Below are positions 1 to 9,437 of a stretch of 64,000 bases of DNA, piece after piece; the first letter of the stretch is position 1, and every line of letters starts with the position of its first letter. The notes beneath the pieces were generated by a model, which searched no databases, had not been told where the DNA came from, and saw nothing but the letters and a program-made list of their open reading frames with translations. The stretch is from Candidatus Bathyarchaeia archaeon (lineage in GTDB: Archaea > Thermoproteota > Bathyarchaeia > Bathyarchaeales > Bathycorpusculaceae). The stretch lies in contig JAVZLQ010000005.1 of assembly GCA_038883655.1 (NCBI GenBank), forward strand, positions 1 to 64,000, read 5' to 3'. A program made the position numbers and the translations under genes.

Positions 1-529
1 AATCCTTCTGCGTGGCCGCAGTCATGATGTCAATGTTGACTATGTTGTCGAAGTGGCACCAGTTTATAGTCCAATCCTCAACTGGCTCCATGTACTTTAA
101 ATCGTACAAGGCAAATAGTTGCTCACTGAAGTCTCCAGCAGCAAACCGCGTGACACCCTTTTCTGAAATTAGTTTGTCAATACGCTTCATTTCCTCAAAA
201 TCTTCAAGGCTAAAGTATACCACCCTCGGGTCTTTCGGATAAGGCGCAAAATGTGGAAAAGCCTGTATCGCAATAAACTTGCCCTTTTCGATGTAGGGCT
301 CAATGTCCCAGCCAAAAGACTTAAAATACGATATTAAACGCGGAAAAGGCTTATCCATAACATCATACGCCACTGTTTCGCCTTCTTGTAACCCCTGCCA
401 AAGAAACTGCATAGCAAAAACAGTCTTGCCAGTACCAGGCGGCCCGTAGAGTATGTTACGTGACCCAGACTCGATTCCGCCACCTATTAACTCGTCGAAC
501 CCCTTTATTCCAGTCTTTAGTTTACCTAT
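1..529 (-). CDS. KaiC/RecA-superfamily ATPase (RAD55-like), C-terminus off the window edge
   Basis: Manual translation IGKLKTGIKGFDELIGGGIESGSRNILYGPPGTGKT (Walker A). Absent from the ORF track. Probable ATA start 7 nt after GGAGG, just downstream of the thiT stop. Confidence 0.85.
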   Translation of the reverse strand, partial: MGKLKTGIKGFDELIGGGIESGSRNILYGPPGTGKTVFAMQFLWQGLQEGETVAYDVMDKPFPRLISYFKSFGWDIEPYIEKGKFIAIQAFPHFAPYPKDPRVVYFSLEDFEEMKRIDKLISEKGVTRFAAGDFSEQLFALYDLKYMEPVEDWTINWCHFDNIVNIDIMTAATQKD

Positions 530-542
530 AACGTTTCCTCCA

Positions 543-1079
543 TCAAAGTTTGAAGTTCAATATGCCTTTCTTTGAAATTATGTATATTATAACCGCGCTT
601 ACAATGAATTCTGGAAGGAGATAGCTTCCGTTGTATGCTACTGAGTAAGTTATTGGATCCATGTTCCAATATTCTGCATACATATAAAAGAAGAAGACGC
701 CCGAAATAAAGTGTGAAATAAAACGTCCAAGCATTCCTGCCCCAACACCTATTAAGGGCTGCTTTTTGAAGATTCCAGCAAGTCCAAGCGCTCCAAATGC
801 GATTGGATAGTCTAACAGTATCTGAACGGGGTTATATAAATACGGTTCAATTATCATCACCACAAGTCCCAGTACAACACCCGCATAAGTTCCGATAACA
901 GGACCTCTCCGCAGCGAAAGCCAAAGTATTGGAACCATTCCAGCGAGAGTCACTGACCCACCATATGGCAGTTGGTACAATTTAATACTGTTTAGCGCTG
1001 CTGACAAAGCTACAAAAACAATTGCTTCCGCAAATATTTTAGTTTGAGATTTAATCTCCAAACTTATGTTTTCTTTCAC
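543..1079 (-). CDS. thiT: Energy-coupling-factor thiamine transporter S component ThiT
   Basis: LPYGGSVTL, QILLDYPIAF, RFISHFISGV and YNGSY motifs. GTG start at 1079 directly after the TPP aptamer; the track's N-terminal extension is riboswitch sequence. Confidence 0.9.
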   Translation of the reverse strand: MKENISLEIKSQTKIFAEAIVFVALSAALNSIKLYQLPYGGSVTLAGMVPILWLSLRRGPVIGTYAGVVLGLVVMIIEPYLYNPVQILLDYPIAFGALGLAGIFKKQPLIGVGAGMLGRFISHFISGVFFFYMYAEYWNMDPITYSVAYNGSYLLPEFIVSAVIIYIISKKGILNFKL

Positions 1080-1176
1080 GGTTTTCCCTCCGCCAGCATT
1101 ACCTGGATCAGGTTCTAGGGGTCGACGGCGTTCAGCCGTCCTCTCAGCCGGGTTACCTCCCAGCTCCCCCAAACCT
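1080..1176 (-). promoter_or_regulatory. TPP (THI-box) riboswitch
   Basis: Minus strand reads GGUUU-GGGGGAGC...GCUGAGAGG...GACCCCUAGAACCUGAUCCAGGUAAUGCUGGCGGAGGGA-AAACC, matching the THI-box consensus, upstream of thiT. Confidence 0.92.
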
Positions 1177-1247
1177 TTGATGGGGGTAATTGTTATTTAC
1201 TCGTATATTTATTTTTCCTAGAGTTGGCGTTTGCTGGGATGTTGCGT

Positions 1248-3704
1248 ATGAAGCCTTTGCCTAAGGAGTTTGATCTTCTCGAGGTTGAGCGTAGGTGGCA
1301 GAAGGCTTGGGAGGAGCTTGGAGTTTACCGTTTTGACTGGGAGGATAAGACGCGTCCAGTCTTTAGCATTGATACTCCTCCGCCTTATCCTTCTGGCGAG
1401 TTTCATATGGGAAACGTCCTAAACTGGACTTACTTTGACATAGTTGCCAGATACAAGCGCATGAGAGGCTACAACGTTTATTTTCCGCAGGGTTGGGACT
1501 GCCACGGCTTGAGCATAGAAGTTCAAGTTGAACGCGAACGTAATGTTAGGAAGCGCGAGGTTCCGCCTGACAAATTTCGCAAGTGGTGTGAGGAGCTCGT
1601 TGAAAAGTATATTGCCATGATGAAGGAGAGCGTTGTTAGGCTTGGCTGCAGCGTTGACTGGACAACTGAGTATCGCACAATGGACCCAGACTATTGGCGT
1701 AGAACCCAGCTTAGCTTCATAATTCTATACAAGAAGGGCTTCATTTATCAGGGCACGCATCCAGTTAATTGGTGTCCAAGATGCGAAACGGCTATTGCTG
1801 ATGCTGAGGTGGACTATGAGGAACGCGAAGGCACGCTTCACTACATTAGGTTTCCGCTGGAAGGCAGCAGAGAATTTTTGTGCATCGCGACAACCCGCCC
1901 AGAGTTTATCCCAGCATGTGTAGCTGTCGCAGTTAATCCGCATGATGATAGGTTTAGGAGCTACATTGGCAAGCGTATAATTGTTCCCATCGTGAACCGT
2001 AGCGTCGAAATAATTCCAGACGAGAACGTTGACCCATCCTTTGGAACAGGCGTGGTTATGATATGCACTTACGGAGACAAGGAAGACGTCAAAACGGTGA
2101 TTAGGCATAAGCTTCCAGTAATCACGCTTTTGACGGAAAACGGGCTAATAAACGAGAATGGCGGGAAATACAAGGGCTTAACAACGGAAGAAGCTAAGGA
2201 GGCGATAGTTAAAGATCTTGAGGCTGCTGGACTGCTTGAAAAAACGGAAAGGCTAAAACAGGAAATAGGCGTTTGCGATAGGTGTGGCGCACCTGTTGAA
2301 ATTCTTGAACGCAAACAGTGGTTTATGAAGACGCGCATACTCACGGACAAAGTTGAGAAGGCGGCGCACGAGGTGGTTTGGTATCCAGATTACATGAAGA
2401 TTCGCCTAATAGACTGGGCGCGTTCGCTGGATTGGGATTGGGTTATAAGTCGCCAGCGCGTTTTTGGAACGCCAATACCAATATGGTACTGCAAGGAATG
2501 CGGCGAAGTAATCCTAGCAGAGGAGGAATGGGTGCCAATTGACCCGAAACTTGAAAAGCCTAGAATAGATGCTTGTCCAAAATGCGGATGCAAAGAATTC
2601 ATTCCAGAAAGGGACGTTTTCGACACTTGGATGGACTCATCCATATCCTGCGCGGTTCACGCTGGCTGGCCAGATAGGGCTGATTGGCGTAGGCTTTTCC
2701 CGGCGGATTTGCATCCCTCTGGCATAGACATTATAAGAACATGGGCTTACTATTTAATGGTTAGGCATCTCGCGCTTTTTGATGAGAAGCCATACAAGAG
2801 CTGTCTAATCAACGGCATGGTTTTGGGCTCAGACGGTAGAAAAATGAGTAAATCTCTAAAGAATTATGTTCCAGCGCCAGATGTTCTTGACAAGTACGGC
2901 ACAGATGCGACTAGGCAGTGGGCTGCTGGTGGCGGAGCTACTGGTTCGGACATCCCATTCCGTTGGCAAGATGTGGAGTATGGACGACGCTTTTTGACAA
3001 AGCTTTGGAACGCCGCGAGGTTTGTGAGCGCCCAGCTTAAGGACTACGAGGACGGCGAAAATTTTGATTTGCAGCTTTTGGACAAGTGGATTTTGAGCAA
3101 GGCTGAGAGGACAACGCAGAAGGTTACTGAAGCCTTTGAAAATTACCAGTTCAACATCGCCTTAGAAGAAATTCGCAACTTTACTTGGCACGTTTTCTGC
3201 GACGAGTATATAGAGGCCGTTAAGGACAGGCTTTACAAGCCAGAAGTTTACGGAGAGGAAAAGCGGAGGGCTGTGCAATACACGCTCTACGAGGTTTTGT
3301 ATCGCATAATCCAGCTTCTAGCGCCAATATCGCCACACGTAACAGAAGAAATCTACCAAGCGTTGTATGCTGAAGAAGTAGGCAAGAAAAGCCTACAAAT
3401 AACGCCTTGGCCAACCGCTGACGCGAGTCGCATTGACGAGGAGGCCGAAAAGAAAGGTGACTTGGTGATAGCCGTAATAGGCGAGATTAGACGCGAAAAG
3501 GCTGAAAAGCGGAAGCCACTAAACGCCTTGATAAAGCGTTTGCGCATTTACGCTGGAAGCAGCAAAAATGCGAGTATCTTAAGCGAGAGCAAGGAGGACA
3601 TTATTGGCACATGCAAAATCGCACATTTAGAAATTCTATCCGAAAAAGGAAAGGGAAGGGCTGTTGCAGATTTTACAGAAATAACCTTCGTAAGCGAATA
3701 TTAG
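1248..3704 (+). CDS. valS: Valyl-tRNA synthetase
   Basis: DTPPPYPSG..HMGN, DWVISRQR, KMSKS; start 1224-1248 uncertain. Confidence 0.96.
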   Translation: MKPLPKEFDLLEVERRWQKAWEELGVYRFDWEDKTRPVFSIDTPPPYPSGEFHMGNVLNWTYFDIVARYKRMRGYNVYFPQGWDCHGLSIEVQVERERNVRKREVPPDKFRKWCEELVEKYIAMMKESVVRLGCSVDWTTEYRTMDPDYWRRTQLSFIILYKKGFIYQGTHPVNWCPRCETAIADAEVDYEEREGTLHYIRFPLEGSREFLCIATTRPEFIPACVAVAVNPHDDRFRSYIGKRIIVPIVNRSVEIIPDENVDPSFGTGVVMICTYGDKEDVKTVIRHKLPVITLLTENGLINENGGKYKGLTTEEAKEAIVKDLEAAGLLEKTERLKQEIGVCDRCGAPVEILERKQWFMKTRILTDKVEKAAHEVVWYPDYMKIRLIDWARSLDWDWVISRQRVFGTPIPIWYCKECGEVILAEEEWVPIDPKLEKPRIDACPKCGCKEFIPERDVFDTWMDSSISCAVHAGWPDRADWRRLFPADLHPSGIDIIRTWAYYLMVRHLALFDEKPYKSCLINGMVLGSDGRKMSKSLKNYVPAPDVLDKYGTDATRQWAAGGGATGSDIPFRWQDVEYGRRFLTKLWNAARFVSAQLKDYEDGENFDLQLLDKWILSKAERTTQKVTEAFENYQFNIALEEIRNFTWHVFCDEYIEAVKDRLYKPEVYGEEKRRAVQYTLYEVLYRIIQLLAPISPHVTEEIYQALYAEEVGKKSLQITPWPTADASRIDEEAEKKGDLVIAVIGEIRREKAEKRKPLNALIKRLRIYAGSSKNASILSESKEDIIGTCKIAHLEILSEKGKGRAVADFTEITFVSEY

Positions 3705-3710
3705 CGCCTT

Positions 3711-4430
3711 TCATGGTTTTAGTCCAGTTCCAACATCAACCCAAAGCTTTTCGCCTATTTTTTGATAACCAATTTTCTCGTAGACTTTAATGGCTGGATA
3801 ATTATTCGACCTCACAAACAGAGCTGCTGAATCCGCGTTTTTTAACGCTTCTTCCGTTACTGCTGATGTGGCTAATGTTGCATATCCCTTATTTCTATGT
3901 TTTGGATGAGTGTAAACCCCGCCTATCATCCAAACCTGCGGAAGCTGCAGAAAAGAGCTTGCATACGAGACCAATCCATCATTTATGAAAACTCCGTAGG
4001 TGGGCATTTTGCGTATAAAATCCAAAATATTTTCGACGGTACTTGTTCTGCGGTCTTCGCGGGTCAAGAGAAGTGCAAAAAGTTTTTGGGCGTAAGTTTT
4101 TGCGTCTTTAAACTTGCTTTTAATCGCTTGAAGGTTCTCTGTTGGTGCGTGAAGTATAAATTGGTTTTCTGGAGCATATTCTAATAGTTGCTTTACAAGG
4201 TCTGTTTTGCATTCCAAAATGACGCTTGGAAACTGCAACGCTGTATAAATGAGAATGTACCCCTTCAATGCATTGTTTTTAAGGGCTGCATACATGATTG
4301 TGTGGGTTGGGTCGTATTGAAGGTCATATAAGGCGAAGACATGTCTAATAACGTCCATTTTTAGAAAATCCATAATCTGCTGTTTATTGTTTTTATCAAC
4401 CTTTTCCACTTCAAGCATGGTTAGTTTCAT
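3711..4430 (-). CDS. GNAT-family N-acetyltransferase
   Basis: GGVYTHPKHRNKGYA acetyl-CoA motif; NYPAIKVYEKIGY. Confidence 0.85.
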   Translation of the reverse strand: MKLTMLEVEKVDKNNKQQIMDFLKMDVIRHVFALYDLQYDPTHTIMYAALKNNALKGYILIYTALQFPSVILECKTDLVKQLLEYAPENQFILHAPTENLQAIKSKFKDAKTYAQKLFALLLTREDRRTSTVENILDFIRKMPTYGVFINDGLVSYASSFLQLPQVWMIGGVYTHPKHRNKGYATLATSAVTEEALKNADSAALFVRSNNYPAIKVYEKIGYQKIGEKLWVDVGTGLKP

Positions 4431-4444
4431 CTTTTCTTGTACTC

Positions 4445-5575
4445 TTAAATTTTCTTAATTTCTTCTATTAGTTTGTCGATTTCCTCTTCCGTATTGTAGA
4501 AGTGTGGCGAAACCCTTATTCCATTAGCCCTTGCGGAGACAACTATGCCATTTTGGCTCAAGCGTTGTACAGCTTCCTTTGGCTTGTCGATTTTGAAGTT
4601 AACTATTCCAGAGCGGTGTTGCCTTTCCTCTGGCGTTTGAAGCTGCAAGCCTAAATTCTTTAAAGCTTCAATTAGGTGGTCGGTGAGCGCAATTATCCGC
4701 CGTTCAACATTTTCTATGCCAAATTCTAAAAGCATTTTCATGGCTTCTGCCGCGCCGAGAAAGCTAATGAAACTTGGAGAACCAACCTCAAAGCGGCTGG
4801 CAGTAGACGACAAATCCAAGCGCCATATATCCCAAAAATCAACAGTTTCAAAAACCTCTTGCTTAACGCTTGCCCAACCAACAAACGGAGGCTCAAACTC
4901 CTCAATAAGTTCCTTCTCAACATAGAGGTAGCCGCATCCAGGCGGGCTTAGGAGCCACTTGTAACATGCCGTTGCGAGAAAATCCACGGCGTCACGTTTC
5001 ACATTTACTCTTAAGGCGCCTACAGACTGTATAGCGTCAACAATCAAGTATGCGCCGTGCTCGTGGGCTAACTCGCTTAAAGCTCTTAAGTCATTGCGAA
5101 AGCCATTTGCATATTCAACATGGCTAACCGTAACAGCCACGGTCTTATCATCAACAGCCCTCTCCACATCCTCAAGCAAAACTTTTCCATCAACGTTCTT
5201 CACGTACTCAACTTTTACGCCTAAGCGTTTGCGCAGCCAAGGATAAACCACAGAAGGATACTCTAAATCCGTCGTTACGATTTTCGAGCCTCTTGGATAA
5301 CGTAGAACGTTTGCGGCAATGTTTAAGCCCACAGAAGTATTCTCAACAAGGGCTATTTCTTCTGGTTCTGCGCCGACAAGTCTTGCAAATAGTGGTTTTC
5401 CGCCGTCGTTCCATGCTATTTCCGTGTTTCCAAAGTTCGAAAAATCTTCAACACATTTGTGCATGACGTCAGCAACGGATTTTGGAAGCGGAGATTGGGC
5501 GGCGTGATTCAAGAAGACCTTGTTTCTCGTTATCGGAAACAGTTCGCGAATTTGCTTAATATTTTGCATATACAT
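4445..5575 (-). CDS. Class V PLP aminotransferase / cysteine desulfurase-like protein
   Basis: FLNHAA, VDAIQ, YKWLLSP (PLP lysine), RVSPHFYN. Confidence 0.88.
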   Translation of the reverse strand: MYMQNIKQIRELFPITRNKVFLNHAAQSPLPKSVADVMHKCVEDFSNFGNTEIAWNDGGKPLFARLVGAEPEEIALVENTSVGLNIAANVLRYPRGSKIVTTDLEYPSVVYPWLRKRLGVKVEYVKNVDGKVLLEDVERAVDDKTVAVTVSHVEYANGFRNDLRALSELAHEHGAYLIVDAIQSVGALRVNVKRDAVDFLATACYKWLLSPPGCGYLYVEKELIEEFEPPFVGWASVKQEVFETVDFWDIWRLDLSSTASRFEVGSPSFISFLGAAEAMKMLLEFGIENVERRIIALTDHLIEALKNLGLQLQTPEERQHRSGIVNFKIDKPKEAVQRLSQNGIVVSARANGIRVSPHFYNTEEEIDKLIEEIKKI

Positions 5576-5630
5576 TTTCTTCCGTTCGCATTTATGCTAT
5601 AAGATGAGGTTAACAGTTCCCAATTTAAAT

Positions 5631-6737
5631 TTAGGGTATAACGTTAAGCGAAAAACCCCCAAAACAAGACCAATATTTTCGCAGCAACCTTTTCAACTCA
5701 TCAATGGTCTTCTCAACCGTTTCGCGGCATTGCAGCGGCTCCTTCGGCGTTTCATAAGGCTCTTCAACATCTATGTCCTTTAAGCCTGCAACTCCAGCAA
5801 CTAGCGCGTACCAGCAAATAGGCAAAACCTTCGGGTTATAGCCGCTCCCAGGCATGAGGACAAGCTTTCCGCCGCAAACAGCATCAGCAGTTTCCCTAAT
5901 TAACCTTGCAATTTCAAAGAAACCTTTAGCTGTTAAGTTCAAATCTCCAAGGGAATCAGCAAAATGGGAATCGCTGCCACCATTAGCAATTATGATTTCT
6001 GGCTTAAACTCGTCTGCCAAAGGAACAAAAATCTCTTTCAACGCATAAAGATAAGTATCATCGCCAGTGCCAGGTGGAAGAGGAACATTAACGTTATAAC
6101 CTTCCCCAGCGCCTTCGCCAATCTGCCAAACAAACCCAGTTCCAGGATAAAGTGTACGCGGATCTTGATGCAGCGATATAAACAAGACGTTTGGGTCATC
6201 ATAGTAAATGTCGCTTGTGCCATTTCCAAAATGCACATCATAATCTAAAATCAAAAAACGTTTAATATTATACTTATCCCTCAAATACTCAACCATGACG
6301 GCAATGTCGTTGAAGATGCAGAAGCCCCCGCCATAATTTTTGCCAGCATGATGGTAACCTCCACCTATGGAAACCGCCCTCTTTGCTGCGCCGTCAAAAA
6401 CAAGTCTTCCACATTCTATTGCACCACCAATAATAAGCAAGGCAGCCTCAAGAATCTGCGGAGAAACCGGCGTTTCGATGTCGTAAGGTCTATTCTTTTC
6501 GGCTAAGAGGAAAATATGGTTAACATAGTCTTCTGAATGGACCCTAAGCAAATCCTCCCTCAAAGCGGGTTTAGGCTCAACCAAAAAAATTTCAGAAAGC
6601 CCAAACAAGCCTTGACTCTCAAAAAACTTGAATGCATTCTCGAATCTGTCGCCTCTAAATGGATGTCCCTCGCCTAGATCGTACTGCTTAAACTTATCAT
6701 GGAAAGTCATCGCGATTTTCTCGGTTTTTTCGGACAC
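5631..6737 (-). CDS. Histone deacetylase family (AcuC-like) Zn deacetylase
   Basis: GGYHHA, GGFCIFND, DYDVHFGNGT, SLHQ. Confidence 0.92.
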   Translation of the reverse strand: MSEKTEKIAMTFHDKFKQYDLGEGHPFRGDRFENAFKFFESQGLFGLSEIFLVEPKPALREDLLRVHSEDYVNHIFLLAEKNRPYDIETPVSPQILEAALLIIGGAIECGRLVFDGAAKRAVSIGGGYHHAGKNYGGGFCIFNDIAVMVEYLRDKYNIKRFLILDYDVHFGNGTSDIYYDDPNVLFISLHQDPRTLYPGTGFVWQIGEGAGEGYNVNVPLPPGTGDDTYLYALKEIFVPLADEFKPEIIIANGGSDSHFADSLGDLNLTAKGFFEIARLIRETADAVCGGKLVLMPGSGYNPKVLPICWYALVAGVAGLKDIDVEEPYETPKEPLQCRETVEKTIDELKRLLRKYWSCFGGFSLNVIP

Positions 6738-6839
6738 CCGCTCACCTCTTACACGTGGCAGAGTATGTTAAGAAACTAGGCTTCAATATAAAATCCTTAT
6801 CTGCGACAAACTGCAAATAGAAAAAGGGAAAAGAACTGC

Positions 6840-7394
6840 TTATTGATTAACTTGTTGTTCATCAAAGCTTTGCATCGTCTGCTGCTGTTGTTCTTCAGCC
6901 TTCGCTTCTACAACAGTCACCTCAACCTTGGCCTCTTGAGAATGTGCAGGCGTGGGCGCGGGTTCGTTTACATTTTTGATGGTGTCTGCTTCTTGAGTTG
7001 TAATGCTGCTTGAAATTTGGTTTATAGCCTCCTTTATCATGTTTAACTCGTTTCTCGCAGTTTCAAGTCCAATAGAGAGAACGCCAATTTCACGCTGATA
7101 GGTTTCTTCATCAACCTCCCCAGTAACATGTTGAATTTCAAAGTTTGCAAGTAACATCTCCAAAGTCTTAATCTGTCCCTCAAGCTCGCTCATCTTTAAG
7201 TTCATCTTTTCCAGCAAAGCCTTCTGCTGTTTTTCTATTTCGGCTATAGCTTGGCTTATCTCTCCATTAAATAGGTCGTATGTTTGCCTCGAAATTTTGC
7301 CCGTTCCCAACAAGTTGTCTAATGCTTGCCTCTTTTTCTTTGAAATCTCGTATTCCTCGTTTAACCTCCTAAAGGAGTGTCTCCAAGAAATCAA
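6840..7394 (-). CDS. CdvA-like coiled-coil protein
   Basis: Long coiled coil, ALDNLLGTGKISRQTY and EIQHVTGEVDEETY resemble the CdvA coiled-coil domain; TTG start after GGTG. Confidence 0.65.
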   Translation of the reverse strand: MISWRHSFRRLNEEYEISKKKRQALDNLLGTGKISRQTYDLFNGEISQAIAEIEKQQKALLEKMNLKMSELEGQIKTLEMLLANFEIQHVTGEVDEETYQREIGVLSIGLETARNELNMIKEAINQISSSITTQEADTIKNVNEPAPTPAHSQEAKVEVTVVEAKAEEQQQQTMQSFDEQQVNQ

Positions 7395-7632
7395 ATTTTT
7401 ACACCGCAAATTTTTAGCCCTAAAAGCGAAGATAACATTTGTTAATATGCCCGTATATCGCTAAATATTTAAAGCGTTCCTCAATGTGTTCGAAAGTGGA
7501 AAAATGCATTTAAAAACAAAAGAGCAAAAATCTCCATAATATAAGTTAAGTGTTAAAATTTTTAATGCATAGCAATGCTGCCATGCCTTTGATGATGAGG
7601 GGTTGTTTAAACATGTTATATTCAATTTCAAC

Positions 7633-7651
7633 TTCTAATTCGGAATTAGAA
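7633..7651. promoter_or_regulatory. Palindromic operator candidate next to a TATA-like box
   Basis: TTCTAATTC-G-GAATTAGAA perfect 9-bp inverted repeat just upstream of TTTAAATATTTATA, between divergent cdvA-like and padR genes. Confidence 0.55.
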
Positions 7652-7701
7652 TAAAATTTAAATATTTATATCCAACCTAAAATGTTAAGATGTGATTAAA
7701 C

Positions 7702-8073
7702 ATGACTGCTCTGACGATAATCGTTGGCGGTGAAAGGTTGGAAGGAAAAATACTGAAAAAGATGCATGAACGAATAATCAAAAACTTCATGGACATAATA
7801 ATCCTCGCAGAACTAAGAAACGGACCAATGAGTGGCTACGACGTAATCTCATTCATCCACAACAAATTCCACCTACTAGTAAGCTCAGGCACAGTATACT
7901 CGCTCCTATACTCGCTGGAAAGAAATGGACTAATAGAGGGAACGTGGAACGAAAGAAAGCGCGTCTACAAACTAACAGAAAAAGGAGCAAAAACAATAGA
8001 AACAATACTAAGCGCAAACGACAAAATCAAAAACTTCATAACAGGACTCCTAAAAGTACAATATACCCCCTAA
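7702..8073 (+). CDS. PadR-family transcriptional regulator
   Basis: PMSGYDVI...SSGTVYSLLYSLERNGLI...RVYKLTEKG. Confidence 0.9.
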   Translation: MTALTIIVGGERLEGKILKKMHERIIKNFMDIIILAELRNGPMSGYDVISFIHNKFHLLVSSGTVYSLLYSLERNGLIEGTWNERKRVYKLTEKGAKTIETILSANDKIKNFITGLLKVQYTP

Positions 8074-8136
8074 AGCCCTCAAAATTTTAAAACAAAACAG
8101 AAACACTAAAAAACAACTTTTGACCTAAAGCCAAAA

Positions 8137-8180
8137 GAGGGCCCGTAGCTCAGTAAGGATAGAGCACCGGGCTTTTAACC
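8137..8180 (+). repeat. attL: 5' half of tRNA-Lys(UUU), truncated copy
   Basis: GAGGGCCCGTAGCTCAGTAAGGATAGAGCACCGGGCTTTTAACC, identical to 13723-13766; no T-arm or acceptor 3' strand follows. Confidence 0.95.
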
Positions 8181-9016
8181 GTGAAAAAAGCGTAAATTGG
8201 GCTTCTTTCAGAGATTTCTTAGCGGAAAAGTGTTCTGAAGGTTATGCTAAGGATTTGGTTAGGTATGCTTGGCTTTATGCGGATTGCTTGTTTAATGAGG
8301 ATTTCTCGAGGCTTCAATTGTTATCTGAGAGTAAGCGAAATCACGTTATGTGTGCACTTTCAAACTTAGCGAAATTTTTAGGAATCTACGAGAGATTTGA
8401 GAGGCTTGTTAAGGCTTACGGTTTGAAGTGGAAAAGCGTTAAGGCTGAAGATTTGCTTCTCTCCAGGATAGCTAACGCGGATAGGAATGGCGAGGTTCTA
8501 GAGTGGGTTAGAACCGTTAAAGCTAAGATTCCACAGCTAAGCGATTTCTTAGATTTCATGGCTCTAAGCGGTTTAAGGCTTGTTGAAGCCATAGAAAGCT
8601 ATAACCTCATTATTGACTTAGCTGAGAATGGAAAACTAAGCGAATATTACAATTTCGAGAATGAAGCTTTAGAGCACTTCCGATTTAAGAAACGCTTTAT
8701 CCGTAGAACCAAAAAAGCCTTTGTTAGCCTCATTCCAAAGGCCTTAATTGAAGCCATAAGCAAAAGAGAAAAACTCTCAGTATATCAAATTCGCAATTGG
8801 GTTAGGCGAGATAACAAGCTCAAAATGAGGTTTGGCGATTTAAGGGAATACTACGCTACTTTCATGACTAAGTGGCTTAATCCAGCGGAAATAGACTTTC
8901 TCCAGGGAAGGATTAGCGGAAGCGTGTTTATGCGAAACTACTTTAACCCTGCTTTGATAGGCGATTTGAAAGAGAGGGTTTTCAAGGGTTTAGCTGAGAT
9001 TCAAAGCAAACTCTAA
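8138..9016 (+). CDS. int(C): catalytic part of a split SSV-like tyrosine integrase
   Basis: Frame is open from attL (RARSSVRIEHRAFNREKSV...) into track ORF 8255-9016; SGLR, DLRE, LQGR and RNY catalytic motifs. Confidence 0.88.
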   Translation, partial: RARSSVRIEHRAFNREKSVNWASFRDFLAEKCSEGYAKDLVRYAWLYADCLFNEDFSRLQLLSESKRNHVMCALSNLAKFLGIYERFERLVKAYGLKWKSVKAEDLLLSRIANADRNGEVLEWVRTVKAKIPQLSDFLDFMALSGLRLVEAIESYNLIIDLAENGKLSEYYNFENEALEHFRFKKRFIRRTKKAFVSLIPKALIEAISKREKLSVYQIRNWVRRDNKLKMRFGDLREYYATFMTKWLNPAEIDFLQGRISGSVFMRNYFNPALIGDLKERVFKGLAEIQSKL

Positions 9017-9032
9017 CTTTCCCTTTTCTTTT

Positions 9033-9437
9033 TTATAACGTCCTAATTGTGAACGTCCATAGTGTAAGCCAAAGCATGGAGAAGGCAAAAGAGAAGCTCA
9101 GCCATGAAAAGCCGTGCTTCAAATTGGTTATGCACTCGTGTAGAAACTCGAGAATTATGGGAATGGTTAAAGGCAAATAGGCGATTGGAAAGAAGAGCCA
9201 TGCGTTTAAAAGCGTTAAGGCGTAGGGAATCAGCACTCGCTTATACCTAAACTGCCTTAGGAATCTTCCCAATGCTGTTTGAGTGTAAAAGTGATGGTGA
9301 GCCAATTCGTGTTTAAGCGTTTCAACCTTCTCGGATTCAGTTAGCTTTTCGTTTAAGTAGATGGTGCGTGTTTTAGGCGAATATGCGCCTCTCCAAAACC
9401 TTGACTTGAAAGTGCGAATCCGCAAAACTTCAACCAT
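9033..9437 (-). CDS. ImmA/IrrE-like HExxH metallopeptidase with C-terminal TM helices
   Basis: GAYSPKTRTIYLN...TLKHELAH; hydrophobic C-terminus; ATG 9437 overlaps the upstream stop. Confidence 0.65.
   Translation of the reverse strand: MVEVLRIRTFKSRFWRGAYSPKTRTIYLNEKLTESEKVETLKHELAHHHFYTQTALGRFLRQFRYKRVLIPYALTLLNAWLFFPIAYLPLTIPIILEFLHECITNLKHGFSWLSFSFAFSMLWLTLWTFTIRTL

Noticed and set aside
1080-1172. N-terminal 31 aa of track ORF 543-1172
   Set aside because: It is the TPP aptamer read in frame; GTG 1079 is the better start.
3711-4430. Possible internal in-frame deletion in the GNAT near KDAKTYAQKL
   Set aside because: Based only on my recollection of longer homologs; needs an alignment.
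8139-8180. Trans-spliced split tRNA half
   Set aside because: No complementary leader or trailer; fully explained as attL of the element.
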